The translations under genes were made by a program, and so were the position numbers. The notes under the pieces were generated by a model. The model saw only the letters and a program-made list of their open reading frames with translations. It had not been told where the DNA came from and did not search any database. From the NCBI GenBank assembly GCA_017307755.1, contig JAFKGQ010000014.1:21036-85035 (forward strand): a stretch of 64,000 nucleotides of DNA. The letters run 5' to 3'. Below, one piece after another: positions 56,359-64,000 of this stretch; the first letter of the stretch is position 1, and each line of letters opens with the position of its first letter. This DNA comes from Chitinophagaceae bacterium (GTDB taxonomy: Bacteria; Bacteroidota; Bacteroidia; Chitinophagales; Chitinophagaceae).

Positions 56359-57696
56359 ATGGCACTTTTAACTCAGGACGAGGCCCGTACGTTACTGCAA
56401 AAGGTCCTCAGCTTTTCAAAAGCCGATGAATGCCAGGTATCTCTAAATGGTACGATAGGAGGTAATATACGCTATGCGCTCAATTCCGTGTCCACCAGCG
56501 GCTCGCTCAACCAAATGAGCTTGGGCATCAGCTCCGTATACGGCAAACGGTTAGGTACCACTACCATCAATGAATATGATGACGCTTCCCTGGAAAAAGC
56601 GGTGCGCCGCTCGGAGAACCTGGCCCGGTTGGCGCCGGAGAACCCCGAGTTCATGCCGTTCTTAGGACCGCAGGATTATGATACACCCGCCAGGACATAT
56701 GTGGCCCAGACCGCGGCGATCGATTCAAAATTGCGCGCCGACCTGGTCCAGCAGAGCCTGCAGGTATCCAGGGACAATAAGCTGGCCGCCGCGGGTTTCC
56801 TCGAGAACAGCGCTAATTTTTACGCCCTGATGAATTCCCACGGCCTCTTTGCCTATACCACCAGCACAGCCGTAAACTTCTCCGTCACGCTGCGCACGGA
56901 AGATGGCGCCGGCTCCGGCTATGCGGCCAGGGGCTATAACGATATTTCCAAACTGGATGTGCTGGCCGCCTCAAAAACGGCGGCCTGGAAGGCCGCCAGG
57001 TCCAAAGGCGCCAAAGCGCTGGAACCAGGTAAATACACCGTGATCCTGGAGCCCGCTGCAGGCATTGTTTTGATGGAAAATCTCTATGGCAACCTGGATG
57101 CTCGCAACGCCGATGAGGGACGCAGCTTTTTAAGCTTGCCGGGAGGGAAAACAAGACTGGGAGAAAAACTGGTGGATGAAAGGATCAATATCTACTCAGA
57201 TCCGCATAATGAAGATCTCCCCACTTACTATTATAACTTTGACGGTCAGCCGCAAAAGAAAACGAGCTGGATAGAGAAGGGGGTGATAAAAAACCTTTTC
57301 TATTCGCGCTATTGGGCAAAACAAAAAGGAGTGCCCCCCGTGCCGCAGCCGGACGGCATCATTATGGACGGCGGCACAGCCGGCATAGAAGACCTGGTAA
57401 AAAGCACCGAAAAAGGGATCCTCGTCACCCGTCTTTGGTATATCAGGTCCGTTGATCCCCAGACTTTATTATATACAGGGCTCACCCGTGACGGTACATT
57501 CTATATTGAAAATGGAGAGATCAAATTCCCGGTCAAGAATTTCCGCTTTAATGAAAGCCCGGTCATCATGCTGAACAACCTGGAAACACTGGGTAAACCC
57601 GAGCGTACCATCAGCGGAGAGACGGGAAGTTTGGCGTTGATACCGCCGATGAAGATACGAGACTTCACTTTTACATCTCTTTCAGATGCGGTTTAG
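56359..57696 (+). CDS. TldE/PmbA subunit
   Basis: LEPGKYTVILEP, GEKLVDER, TGLTRDG.F.IENGEI and NFRFNESP. Follows tldD. Confidence 0.88.
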   Translation: MALLTQDEARTLLQKVLSFSKADECQVSLNGTIGGNIRYALNSVSTSGSLNQMSLGISSVYGKRLGTTTINEYDDASLEKAVRRSENLARLAPENPEFMPFLGPQDYDTPARTYVAQTAAIDSKLRADLVQQSLQVSRDNKLAAAGFLENSANFYALMNSHGLFAYTTSTAVNFSVTLRTEDGAGSGYAARGYNDISKLDVLAASKTAAWKAARSKGAKALEPGKYTVILEPAAGIVLMENLYGNLDARNADEGRSFLSLPGGKTRLGEKLVDERINIYSDPHNEDLPTYYYNFDGQPQKKTSWIEKGVIKNLFYSRYWAKQKGVPPVPQPDGIIMDGGTAGIEDLVKSTEKGILVTRLWYIRSVDPQTLLYTGLTRDGTFYIENGEIKFPVKNFRFNESPVIMLNNLETLGKPERTISGETGSLALIPPMKIRDFTFTSLSDAV

Positions 57697-58531
57697 TCTG
57701 ATACTGGTTGTCTTGCTGTGCCTGGCAACCATTGCGACCGCCCAGCAGGATACCCTGATCATTCATTTCGACTTCAATCGGACCTTTATCCGGCCGGCAG
57801 ACACCGTACATCTGGATAGTCTCACAAAAACGACGGGAATTGCGTCTGTTACACTCGCCGGTCACACCGATCACACCGGTAGCGATCGCTACAACAACAA
57901 ACTGTCGCTGTTGAGGGCAGAGACAACCCGCCTGTACCTCCTGTCAAAAGGCCTGCCCGACAGCCTGTTCAAAAGCATCGAAGGCTATGGTAGCCGCAGA
58001 CCATACGATCCCGCAGACCCCGCCTCCAACAGACGGGTGGAGATCATTGTCATCCACAATAGCCCGCCCCCACAGCCCCCTTCTCCACCACCACCGCCCA
58101 TCATACCCGTATCACCCCCTTCCGGTCTTCAGGAGGCTTTTAGCGACACTGCCCGCCTGACAGGAAAAAACATCATTCTGCGCAATGTCAATTTCTATGG
58201 AAACCGCCATACCCCCCTCCCGGAAGCTTACCTGGAGCTACAACAACTACTCACTGTCATGCGACAACATCCTGGGCTGATCATCCAGATACAGGGTTAT
58301 GTATGCTGTATGCGGGATGGTATTGACGGCCGGGACGCAGACAATCCCTCCGAACCGCTGTCCGTCCAACGCGCCAAATTCGTGTATGACTTTTTGATAG
58401 AAGGCGGTATCGCCAGATCCCGTATAAGTTATAAAGGTTTTGGGGCAAGTAATAAGATATATCCTTTGGAGAGGGATGAGGATGAAAGGGAGGCTAATAG
58501 AAGAGTGGAGATAAAGGTTATTAGCTTTTAA
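57686..58531 (+). CDS. Protein with two OmpA-like peptidoglycan-binding domains and a Pro-rich linker
   Basis: GHTD..GS..YN..LS..RA..NRRVEI, then PPPQPPSPPPPP, then IQGYVC..LS.QRA..NRRVEI. Confidence 0.85.
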   Translation: MRFSLILVVLLCLATIATAQQDTLIIHFDFNRTFIRPADTVHLDSLTKTTGIASVTLAGHTDHTGSDRYNNKLSLLRAETTRLYLLSKGLPDSLFKSIEGYGSRRPYDPADPASNRRVEIIVIHNSPPPQPPSPPPPPIIPVSPPSGLQEAFSDTARLTGKNIILRNVNFYGNRHTPLPEAYLELQQLLTVMRQHPGLIIQIQGYVCCMRDGIDGRDADNPSEPLSVQRAKFVYDFLIEGGIARSRISYKGFGASNKIYPLERDEDEREANRRVEIKVISF

Positions 58532-58538
58532 GACTCTT

Positions 58539-58556
58539 CCGGCAGCAAGCTGCCGG
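58539..58556. terminator. Hairpin after the OmpA gene
   Basis: CCGGCAGC-AA-GCTGCCGG. No clear U-tract. Confidence 0.35.
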
Positions 58557-58586
58557 GGTCTGATTAGACGCTAAACTATTGAGAAC

Positions 58587-58689
58587 TTCGTCGGAGCTGC
58601 TTCGACACGCTCCTCCTCGTTCGTAACCTTCGCTTCACTCGGTTACGGGCGCCCTCGCTGTGCTCGGGCTGCTGTGCTCGGGCAACGAA
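58587..58689 (+). repeat. Dispersed multi-hairpin element, copy 2
   Basis: Same core as 41877-41950, with extra CGCTTCACTC and two GCTGTGCTCGGGC units. Confidence 0.75.
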
Positions 58690-58895
58690 AAAACCCCCAA
58701 GGATTAGTCAGGGGCTTTTCAGAGAAATTGGAATTTTAATGCTTTCTTCGAACACGAGTACGAAAGCTGGTTTTTCGGATTGTTGGATATTCGGTTACTT
58801 CATCGGTATTGGATAGAGCAAATCTAGTACAGACCTGATTGTTAAAAAAGAGCAAAGTCCCTCGATTTTTATCGTAGATCTACGATACCAAACCC

Positions 58896-58925
58896 GTCAC
58901 ATTTTCTCCATGTTTTGTCACATTT
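58896..58925 (+). promoter_or_regulatory. 9-12-9 direct repeat, putative LytTR operator
   Basis: GTCACATTT (58896-58904), 12 nt, GTCACATTT (58917-58925). A -7-like TAATCTTG lies at 58951. Confidence 0.65.
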
Positions 58926-58974
58926 GCACCCACAGGGGTCTGGAATGTCCTAATCTTGTAAAAAACATCGGATA

Positions 58975-60633
58975 ATGACAACCCAATCCCTGGAATCCTC
59001 CCCCGCCCGGCTCCGTTGGAGAGAGCATGAGCTGATACTGGCGACGGTCATCTGCGTACTGACCGTGGCCGGCAATATCTGGAAAGTACTGGACAACTCA
59101 TGGACTTCACTAAACAAGGAATATGGCGACCCTTTCTATAACAACGATGTCCCGTTCAACTACGCCACGAACATCCTGCTGCCCAATATTTCCGTTGCTA
59201 TCCTCCTCTATCTCTCCTTCCTGGTAATGAATTTTTCGATCCTTCCCCGCCTGCTGCAGACGGACGCGCCAGTGAAAGGTTCCTTTACTTTTCATTTTGC
59301 CCGGTCAGGGAGCATCGAGATGAAAGGGGATGCGGGGAGGGTACTGAAGCGCACCATTGGGGGCATCATTTATACGCTTCTTCTTATGGTCATACTGGGC
59401 GCCGGATGGGGCCTGGCCATCTTCTACAGGAACAGGTACGTCTATTCCATCCCCGGCAATGAGATGGACCCCCGGCAGGTGATCATAGCCGGAGGGCTGA
59501 AAAAGGCCTTCTGGGCCATTCTGGTCTATCTGCTATACGCCTCGATCCGCGAGGCGGCCATCAGCAAGCTTACACAATCCTCCCAATGGAAAGCCTTCCG
59601 GGTAAGACTGGCCAACCAGGTCAGCGGATATTTTGTAGTTTATTGCGCCATCATTTATTATTTCTTCTGCTTTGATATCATCGACGATAAAGCCTATGCG
59701 CTGTTCATTTGGATCCCCCCTGCTGTATTTATTTACCTGACGCATATTTTCTGGCTGTTCCCTTTCAAAGGAAACCGGTCTATCTTCAAAGGCCCTGTCT
59801 TCCGGCGCCTGCTCTTGTCCACGCTGCTATGGCTCATCCCGTTCTCTATCGTCTTTTGCCTCGCCGTCGAAGAATCCAAGATCTTTATGCCCACCCTCCT
59901 CGGCGCCTGGTTGTTTGCCCTGCTGCTGGTCACGCCCCTCTCCTGGTTTATTTACCGGTGGCGCAAGGACAGCATCCTTCGCTTCCGGGGCCTGGAGATC
60001 GCCCTGGATAAGTCCGAGGCCGACCTGCAATTCCTCCGCAGCCAGATCAACCCGCACTTCCTTTTCAATTCCTTGAATACCCTCTATGGAACAGCCCTCC
60101 AGGAAAACGCCTTCCGGGCGGCGGAAGGTATCCAGAAACTGGGGGACATGATGCGCTTTATGCTCCATGAGAACCACCAGGAAAAGATCCCCATGTACAA
60201 GGAAATAGAATATCTAAAAAATTACATAGACCTGCAGAAGCTACGAACACAATCCTCTCCCGACATCCTCATCGAATCAGATATCGACGGTTCCGGCTGC
60301 GACCATATGATCGCCCCCATGCTGCTGATCCCCTTCGTGGAAAACGCCTTCAAACACGGCATCAGCCTGCAGGAAAGATCATGGGTAAATATCCGGCTTC
60401 ATTGCGACGCAAAAGGCATCCTGTTCGAAGTGAGGAATAGCGTCCATATCCGCAAGGATAACGACCCGGAAAAAGACAAGTCGGGGGTAGGCATGAAGAA
60501 CGTTGTAAACCGTCTGCGGCTCATATATCCCGGCAAACACGATTTCTTTGTAAACGGGAACGATAAGGAATTCTTTATCCAGCTGTTGATCGAGCCGGGA
60601 AAGATTACGACATTTGAAAAAACTACCGCATAG
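58975..60633 (+). CDS. LytS/YehU-type sensor histidine kinase with large multi-TM sensor
   Basis: About 8 TM segments, LRSQINPHFLFNSLN, IAPMLLIPFVENAFKHG and SGVGMKNV. Confidence 0.92.
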   Translation: MTTQSLESSPARLRWREHELILATVICVLTVAGNIWKVLDNSWTSLNKEYGDPFYNNDVPFNYATNILLPNISVAILLYLSFLVMNFSILPRLLQTDAPVKGSFTFHFARSGSIEMKGDAGRVLKRTIGGIIYTLLLMVILGAGWGLAIFYRNRYVYSIPGNEMDPRQVIIAGGLKKAFWAILVYLLYASIREAAISKLTQSSQWKAFRVRLANQVSGYFVVYCAIIYYFFCFDIIDDKAYALFIWIPPAVFIYLTHIFWLFPFKGNRSIFKGPVFRRLLLSTLLWLIPFSIVFCLAVEESKIFMPTLLGAWLFALLLVTPLSWFIYRWRKDSILRFRGLEIALDKSEADLQFLRSQINPHFLFNSLNTLYGTALQENAFRAAEGIQKLGDMMRFMLHENHQEKIPMYKEIEYLKNYIDLQKLRTQSSPDILIESDIDGSGCDHMIAPMLLIPFVENAFKHGISLQERSWVNIRLHCDAKGILFEVRNSVHIRKDNDPEKDKSGVGMKNVVNRLRLIYPGKHDFFVNGNDKEFFIQLLIEPGKITTFEKTTA

Positions 60634-60635
60634 AT

Positions 60636-61334
60636 ATGTTAAAGGCAGTAGCTATCGATGACGAACCCATGGCGCTGGAAGTGATAAAAAGCCTGTCGGT
60701 AAAGATCCCCTTCCTCCAATTGCAGGCATGCTTTACAAACGCCTTCGAAGCGATGGGCTATCTGAAAAAAGACGATACCGACCTTATTTTTTTGGATATA
60801 AAAATGCCCGACATTTCAGGTATGGACCTGATGCGCAGTCTTTCCCACCCGCCCATGGTGATCTTTACCACGGCCTACAGCGAACATGCGGTCCAAAGCT
60901 TCGAGCTGGACGCCATCGACTACCTGCTAAAACCTTTTTCACCAGCCCGCTTTCTAAAAGCCTGCCACAAAGCGCATGAGCTGTATACGCTAAAACAGCA
61001 GCATACCGGCGGTCATCCTGCTCCGGACCATATTTTTATAAAGAGCGGCTACGGCCAGATACGCATAGACCTGGGAGATATCCTGTATGTGCAAAGCACG
61101 GGGAATTATATGCAGTTCGTCCTGCCGGACGAAAAGATCCTCTCCCGTCTCACCATGAGCGAGGTGGAAGAGCTGCTGCCGGCAGGTTCCTTTGTTCGTA
61201 TCCACCGCAGCTATCTGGTGGCAAGGAGCAAGGTCAGCCGCATCGAGAGAGGGTCTGTATGGATAAAGGATAAAGAGCTGCCTATAGGAGCAGGCTATGC
61301 CCACGAGATCGAAAAGATCGTCGGCAGAGCTTAA
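60636..61334 (+). CDS. LytTR family response regulator
   Basis: AIDDEP..FLDIKMP..TTAY..LLKP and FVRIHRSYLV. Confidence 0.93.
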   Translation: MLKAVAIDDEPMALEVIKSLSVKIPFLQLQACFTNAFEAMGYLKKDDTDLIFLDIKMPDISGMDLMRSLSHPPMVIFTTAYSEHAVQSFELDAIDYLLKPFSPARFLKACHKAHELYTLKQQHTGGHPAPDHIFIKSGYGQIRIDLGDILYVQSTGNYMQFVLPDEKILSRLTMSEVEELLPAGSFVRIHRSYLVARSKVSRIERGSVWIKDKELPIGAGYAHEIEKIVGRA

Positions 61335-61522
61335 CCCTCTTTTACCTCTATTTTATCCTGATATACCAATATAGTACCAGAGCGGCCCGCGGCCAACATC
61401 TTCTGATACACTTTATTCACCACACATTTATTCAAAAAACGGGACAGATACTCTACAGTGCTGATATGAGTGGGGTTGATATGATTCCCACGTTCGTCTA
61501 CTAATTTAATCTGGATATTCAT
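61331..61522 (-). CDS. Small hypothetical protein (63 aa)
   Basis: ATG 15 nt after the upstream OmpA stop with an A/T-rich leader, on the same strand. It fills the gap to the convergent LytTR gene. Confidence 0.5.
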   Translation of the reverse strand: MNIQIKLVDERGNHINPTHISTVEYLSRFLNKCVVNKVYQKMLAAGRSGTILVYQDKIEVKEG

Positions 61523-61537
61523 TGTTGTTCTCTTTTT

Positions 61538-63046
61538 TTATTTTTCATGTATAATGATCTCGGCGCGACGATTCAGCCAGGCCTGGTTGGGGTCCTTGTT
61601 GTTCGCCACAGGATCATCGCTGCCATAAGCCTTGGCCTTCATATAGTCGGAAGGAACGCCCCTGCTATTCATATATTCCAATACCATTTTGGCCCTTCTT
61701 CTGGACAGGAAGTTGTTGTACTGATTGGTGCCCACATCATCCGTGTAGCCCTTGATCTCAAGAGAAAGACCAGGTTTACGCCGCAGGTGCTCTATCACCT
61801 TGTCGATGGTGGAAAATGCCTTGGAGTTCAATCCATACTCGTTGAACTCGAAATAGACTACGAACCGTACCACCGGCATGCCGTTGATCGTATCCACTTT
61901 GTAATCCCCTTCGGTGAAGTCGTCTTCCAGATTGAAATCATCGTACAGCCCTCCCTTATGCCGTCCACCGGAACGCCGGCGTCCACCGCTGCCATCCGAC
62001 CCGTCATATCCATCTCTTCCCCTCCTGCCTTCAGCACCGTCGTCACCATCCAGCCCATGAGCCTTCTTGACGGAGTCCATATTGATGGTAATATAGTTAT
62101 TGATCACGATACCGCCGTTATTTTTAGCCGTAGTATCCTTCTTCTTATCGTCGTCCTTCCCACGCCTGTTGTATGGCGAATTATCCTCTTTTTCCTGTTG
62201 TTTCTGCTTTTTGTTCTTGATAGGTAGATACACACCCACGGAATACATCGTGCTATTGGAAATGTTTTTACTCACCGCATATCCGTAGGTCAGTTGTCCC
62301 AGCACCATGATCTTTTTTGAATTGAACTTAGCCCCAATGCCCACAGGAGCGCTGACAAAGGAAGCTTCATTGATAATATCGTTGATACCGACGGTTATAT
62401 ATGGCTGCAGTCTGTACGACGGCCCCAGTAGATGATAGTAAATTGACGCATTCAACAGATTATAGGTCTTGGACTTCGTCTGGCTGATCAATACATTGTC
62501 ATTGGTGACATGTCCGAAAGAAAGCCCCAGATCAGCGCTTATTGACAGACGGTTTGTTAAATTCTTATAGGCGCTGGCGGCAAAAGAACCGTTGCCCCTC
62601 TTCTGAAAGGGCAAAGTATTGGCATCGCTGAGATAACCCTTCCTGTTCTTTTCCAGGAACCCAAAATCCTGGAACTGCCCCTTCAGCAAAGGCGAGATAA
62701 ACCAGCGGGTATCCAACTGTCTGACAGAACTTTCTTTCTCCGTGGAATCCGGGGCCGGCAGAGAGGCGTTGTCCTTTGCCACAGAATCCTGTGCAGGCTT
62801 GTCCATCTCTTTTGGCGTCACCTGGGCGGTGCCCGTAGTATCATTGTTTTTAACCCAATCGCTGGCCGGCACGGTAGTATCCTTTACAGTGCTGCTGGTA
62901 TCCTTTACAGTACCACTGGTGTCCTTTGCCGGGGCCGGGATGTCCTGCCGGACCGTATCCGTGGATTGCCTGGTACTATCCTGCGCCCGCAGCTTTCCAA
63001 AGGTCAGCAGGAGGCCGGCTGTTAAGAAAATAATTACCTTGTTCAT
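61538..63046 (-). CDS. OmpA-family protein (Asp/Ser/Thr-rich N-linker, beta-barrel-like middle, collagen-like segment, C-terminal OmpA domain)
   Basis: Signal peptide. C-terminal VYFEFN..EIKGYTDDVGT..YN..LS.RRA..NRRAEI. Confidence 0.88.
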   Translation of the reverse strand: MNKVIIFLTAGLLLTFGKLRAQDSTRQSTDTVRQDIPAPAKDTSGTVKDTSSTVKDTTVPASDWVKNNDTTGTAQVTPKEMDKPAQDSVAKDNASLPAPDSTEKESSVRQLDTRWFISPLLKGQFQDFGFLEKNRKGYLSDANTLPFQKRGNGSFAASAYKNLTNRLSISADLGLSFGHVTNDNVLISQTKSKTYNLLNASIYYHLLGPSYRLQPYITVGINDIINEASFVSAPVGIGAKFNSKKIMVLGQLTYGYAVSKNISNSTMYSVGVYLPIKNKKQKQQEKEDNSPYNRRGKDDDKKKDTTAKNNGGIVINNYITINMDSVKKAHGLDGDDGAEGRRGRDGYDGSDGSGGRRRSGGRHKGGLYDDFNLEDDFTEGDYKVDTINGMPVVRFVVYFEFNEYGLNSKAFSTIDKVIEHLRRKPGLSLEIKGYTDDVGTNQYNNFLSRRRAKMVLEYMNSRGVPSDYMKAKAYGSDDPVANNKDPNQAWLNRRAEIIIHEK

Positions 63047-63077
63047 GGGTTAGTATTTATACCTTGTTCTTTGTTAT

Positions 63078-64000
63078 CTAAAAATCTATTCTAAGCGCCA
63101 GCTCCAAACCATTACGAGTAATGCCCGCGGCGCTGATGGTCGATATATTGATGTCATACAATATCCCGATGACCAGCTTCTGATATCTCAATTCCAGATC
63201 AGGGACCAGCGCGTCGTCATAGCGATAGCCCAAACCCAATCCTACAGCCGCTCCGCCGGTGACCCCGGGGATTGATTTAGTGTAAGAAAAATTGTAAAAA
63301 TGACGATAGGCAGGTCCTTGCCAGTTCATCGACATAAAGAAAGCCACCTCATCATCCGTCTTTGTCACATACCGGTAGCCCCCCTGTACCCCAAAGTTGG
63401 TCTTCAGCCGGGTGGAGTCTGATTTGATCTTGTAGGAATAGGGTTTGTTCACCTGCATAGCCGAAACACCCAGGTACCATTTATCATAACGGGAATTGCT
63501 AAACACCGATACCCCGGCGTTGAGGTTGAAATGACCGTAAGACCATCCGCTGGCCAGAAGGTCGCTGCTGGGTGCGCCTTCGATTGGACCATAGTTGTCG
63601 TACTGGTCGCCAAAGGCATTGGGAACTCCGTTTACATTAAAATTGCTTTGGTAGTAGGCGCCCTGAAAACCTGCGGCTAAATATGTTTCCTTGCTGTTGA
63701 TAGGCACTGCATAGGAAAGCCCTAGCATGCCGAGGGTATTGTTCAAAATGCCCGCATTGGATTTGTCAGAGGCGGCGCCTGCACTCAGGCTGAAGTAAGC
63801 CGCGTTGGCCTTGCTCCTGGCTTCCTTGGACATCAGGGGCATATCAAAAAGGGCGGCTACGCTGTTGTAGGCTATCTGGCCGCCATATTGGACATTGCGA
63901 TAATTGAGTTTAAGGCTGTTCTGCTTGTCGGTTTTGAGGGATTGGTTATACCAGATTGCCATATCCTGCACACGCGAGAAGTTGATCTCCTGTCCGCGGA
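63078..64000 (-). CDS. PorP/SprF family T9SS outer-membrane protein (5' end outside window)
   Basis: LNYRNV, GFQGAYYQ, G.YRY..DALVP and IGILYDINIS.....GLELALR pattern typical of PorP/SprF barrels. Confidence 0.8.
   Translation of the reverse strand, partial: RGQEINFSRVQDMAIWYNQSLKTDKQNSLKLNYRNVQYGGQIAYNSVAALFDMPLMSKEARSKANAAYFSLSAGAASDKSNAGILNNTLGMLGLSYAVPINSKETYLAAGFQGAYYQSNFNVNGVPNAFGDQYDNYGPIEGAPSSDLLASGWSYGHFNLNAGVSVFSNSRYDKWYLGVSAMQVNKPYSYKIKSDSTRLKTNFGVQGGYRYVTKTDDEVAFFMSMNWQGPAYRHFYNFSYTKSIPGVTGGAAVGLGLGYRYDDALVPDLELRYQKLVIGILYDINISTISAAGITRNGLELALRIDF

Noticed and set aside
1-64000. Extended N-termini given by the ORF track for many genes (e.g. 7591, 9886, 22177, 24740, 32203, 33378, 36383, 46208, 49165)
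   Set aside because: The extensions overlap neighbouring genes or precede clear signal peptides, so downstream starts were used.
1-64000. tRNA, rRNA, transposase, integrase, prophage or anti-phage defence genes
   Set aside because: None recognised from sequence or translated motifs.

Overview
Bacteroidota chromosomal DNA, most likely Chitinophagaceae. The evidence is a SusD fragment, several TonB-dependent receptors (TBDRs), a T9SS C-terminal sorting domain, a PorP/SprF gene and TAnnTTTG -7 promoter motifs. About 50 protein genes are supported. No rRNA, tRNA, CRISPR array, transposase or phage gene was recognised. Most genes are ordinary accessory functions: GH92, GH36 and GH20 glycosidases, AraC regulators, three LytS/LytTR pairs, TldD/E, a DPP-IV peptidase and OmpA proteins. 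The best candidate for an undescribed system is a minus-strand molybdenum-linked cluster at 28768-33662. In it, a short ModE and a perfect ModE-type palindrome precede a TBDR, a MauG/MbnH-like di-heme protein with an apparent internal in-frame deletion, and an exported Oxidored_molyb-like protein. Upstream lie an IorA-type 2Fe-2S gene and a di-heme cytochrome, with no molybdopterin large subunit in the window. Other highlights are a 3042-aa T9SS cargo with nine ~250-aa tandem units, a lipoprotein phosphoesterase overlapping a second di-heme peroxidase, and two paralogous TBDR-DUF4249 modules under different regulators. Non-coding highlights are a dispersed hairpin element present twice, a structured gene-free interval at 38.9-39.5 kb, and 21-bp-period direct repeats upstream of two LytS/LytTR pairs. 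All family assignments come from motif recognition by eye; no database searches were run.
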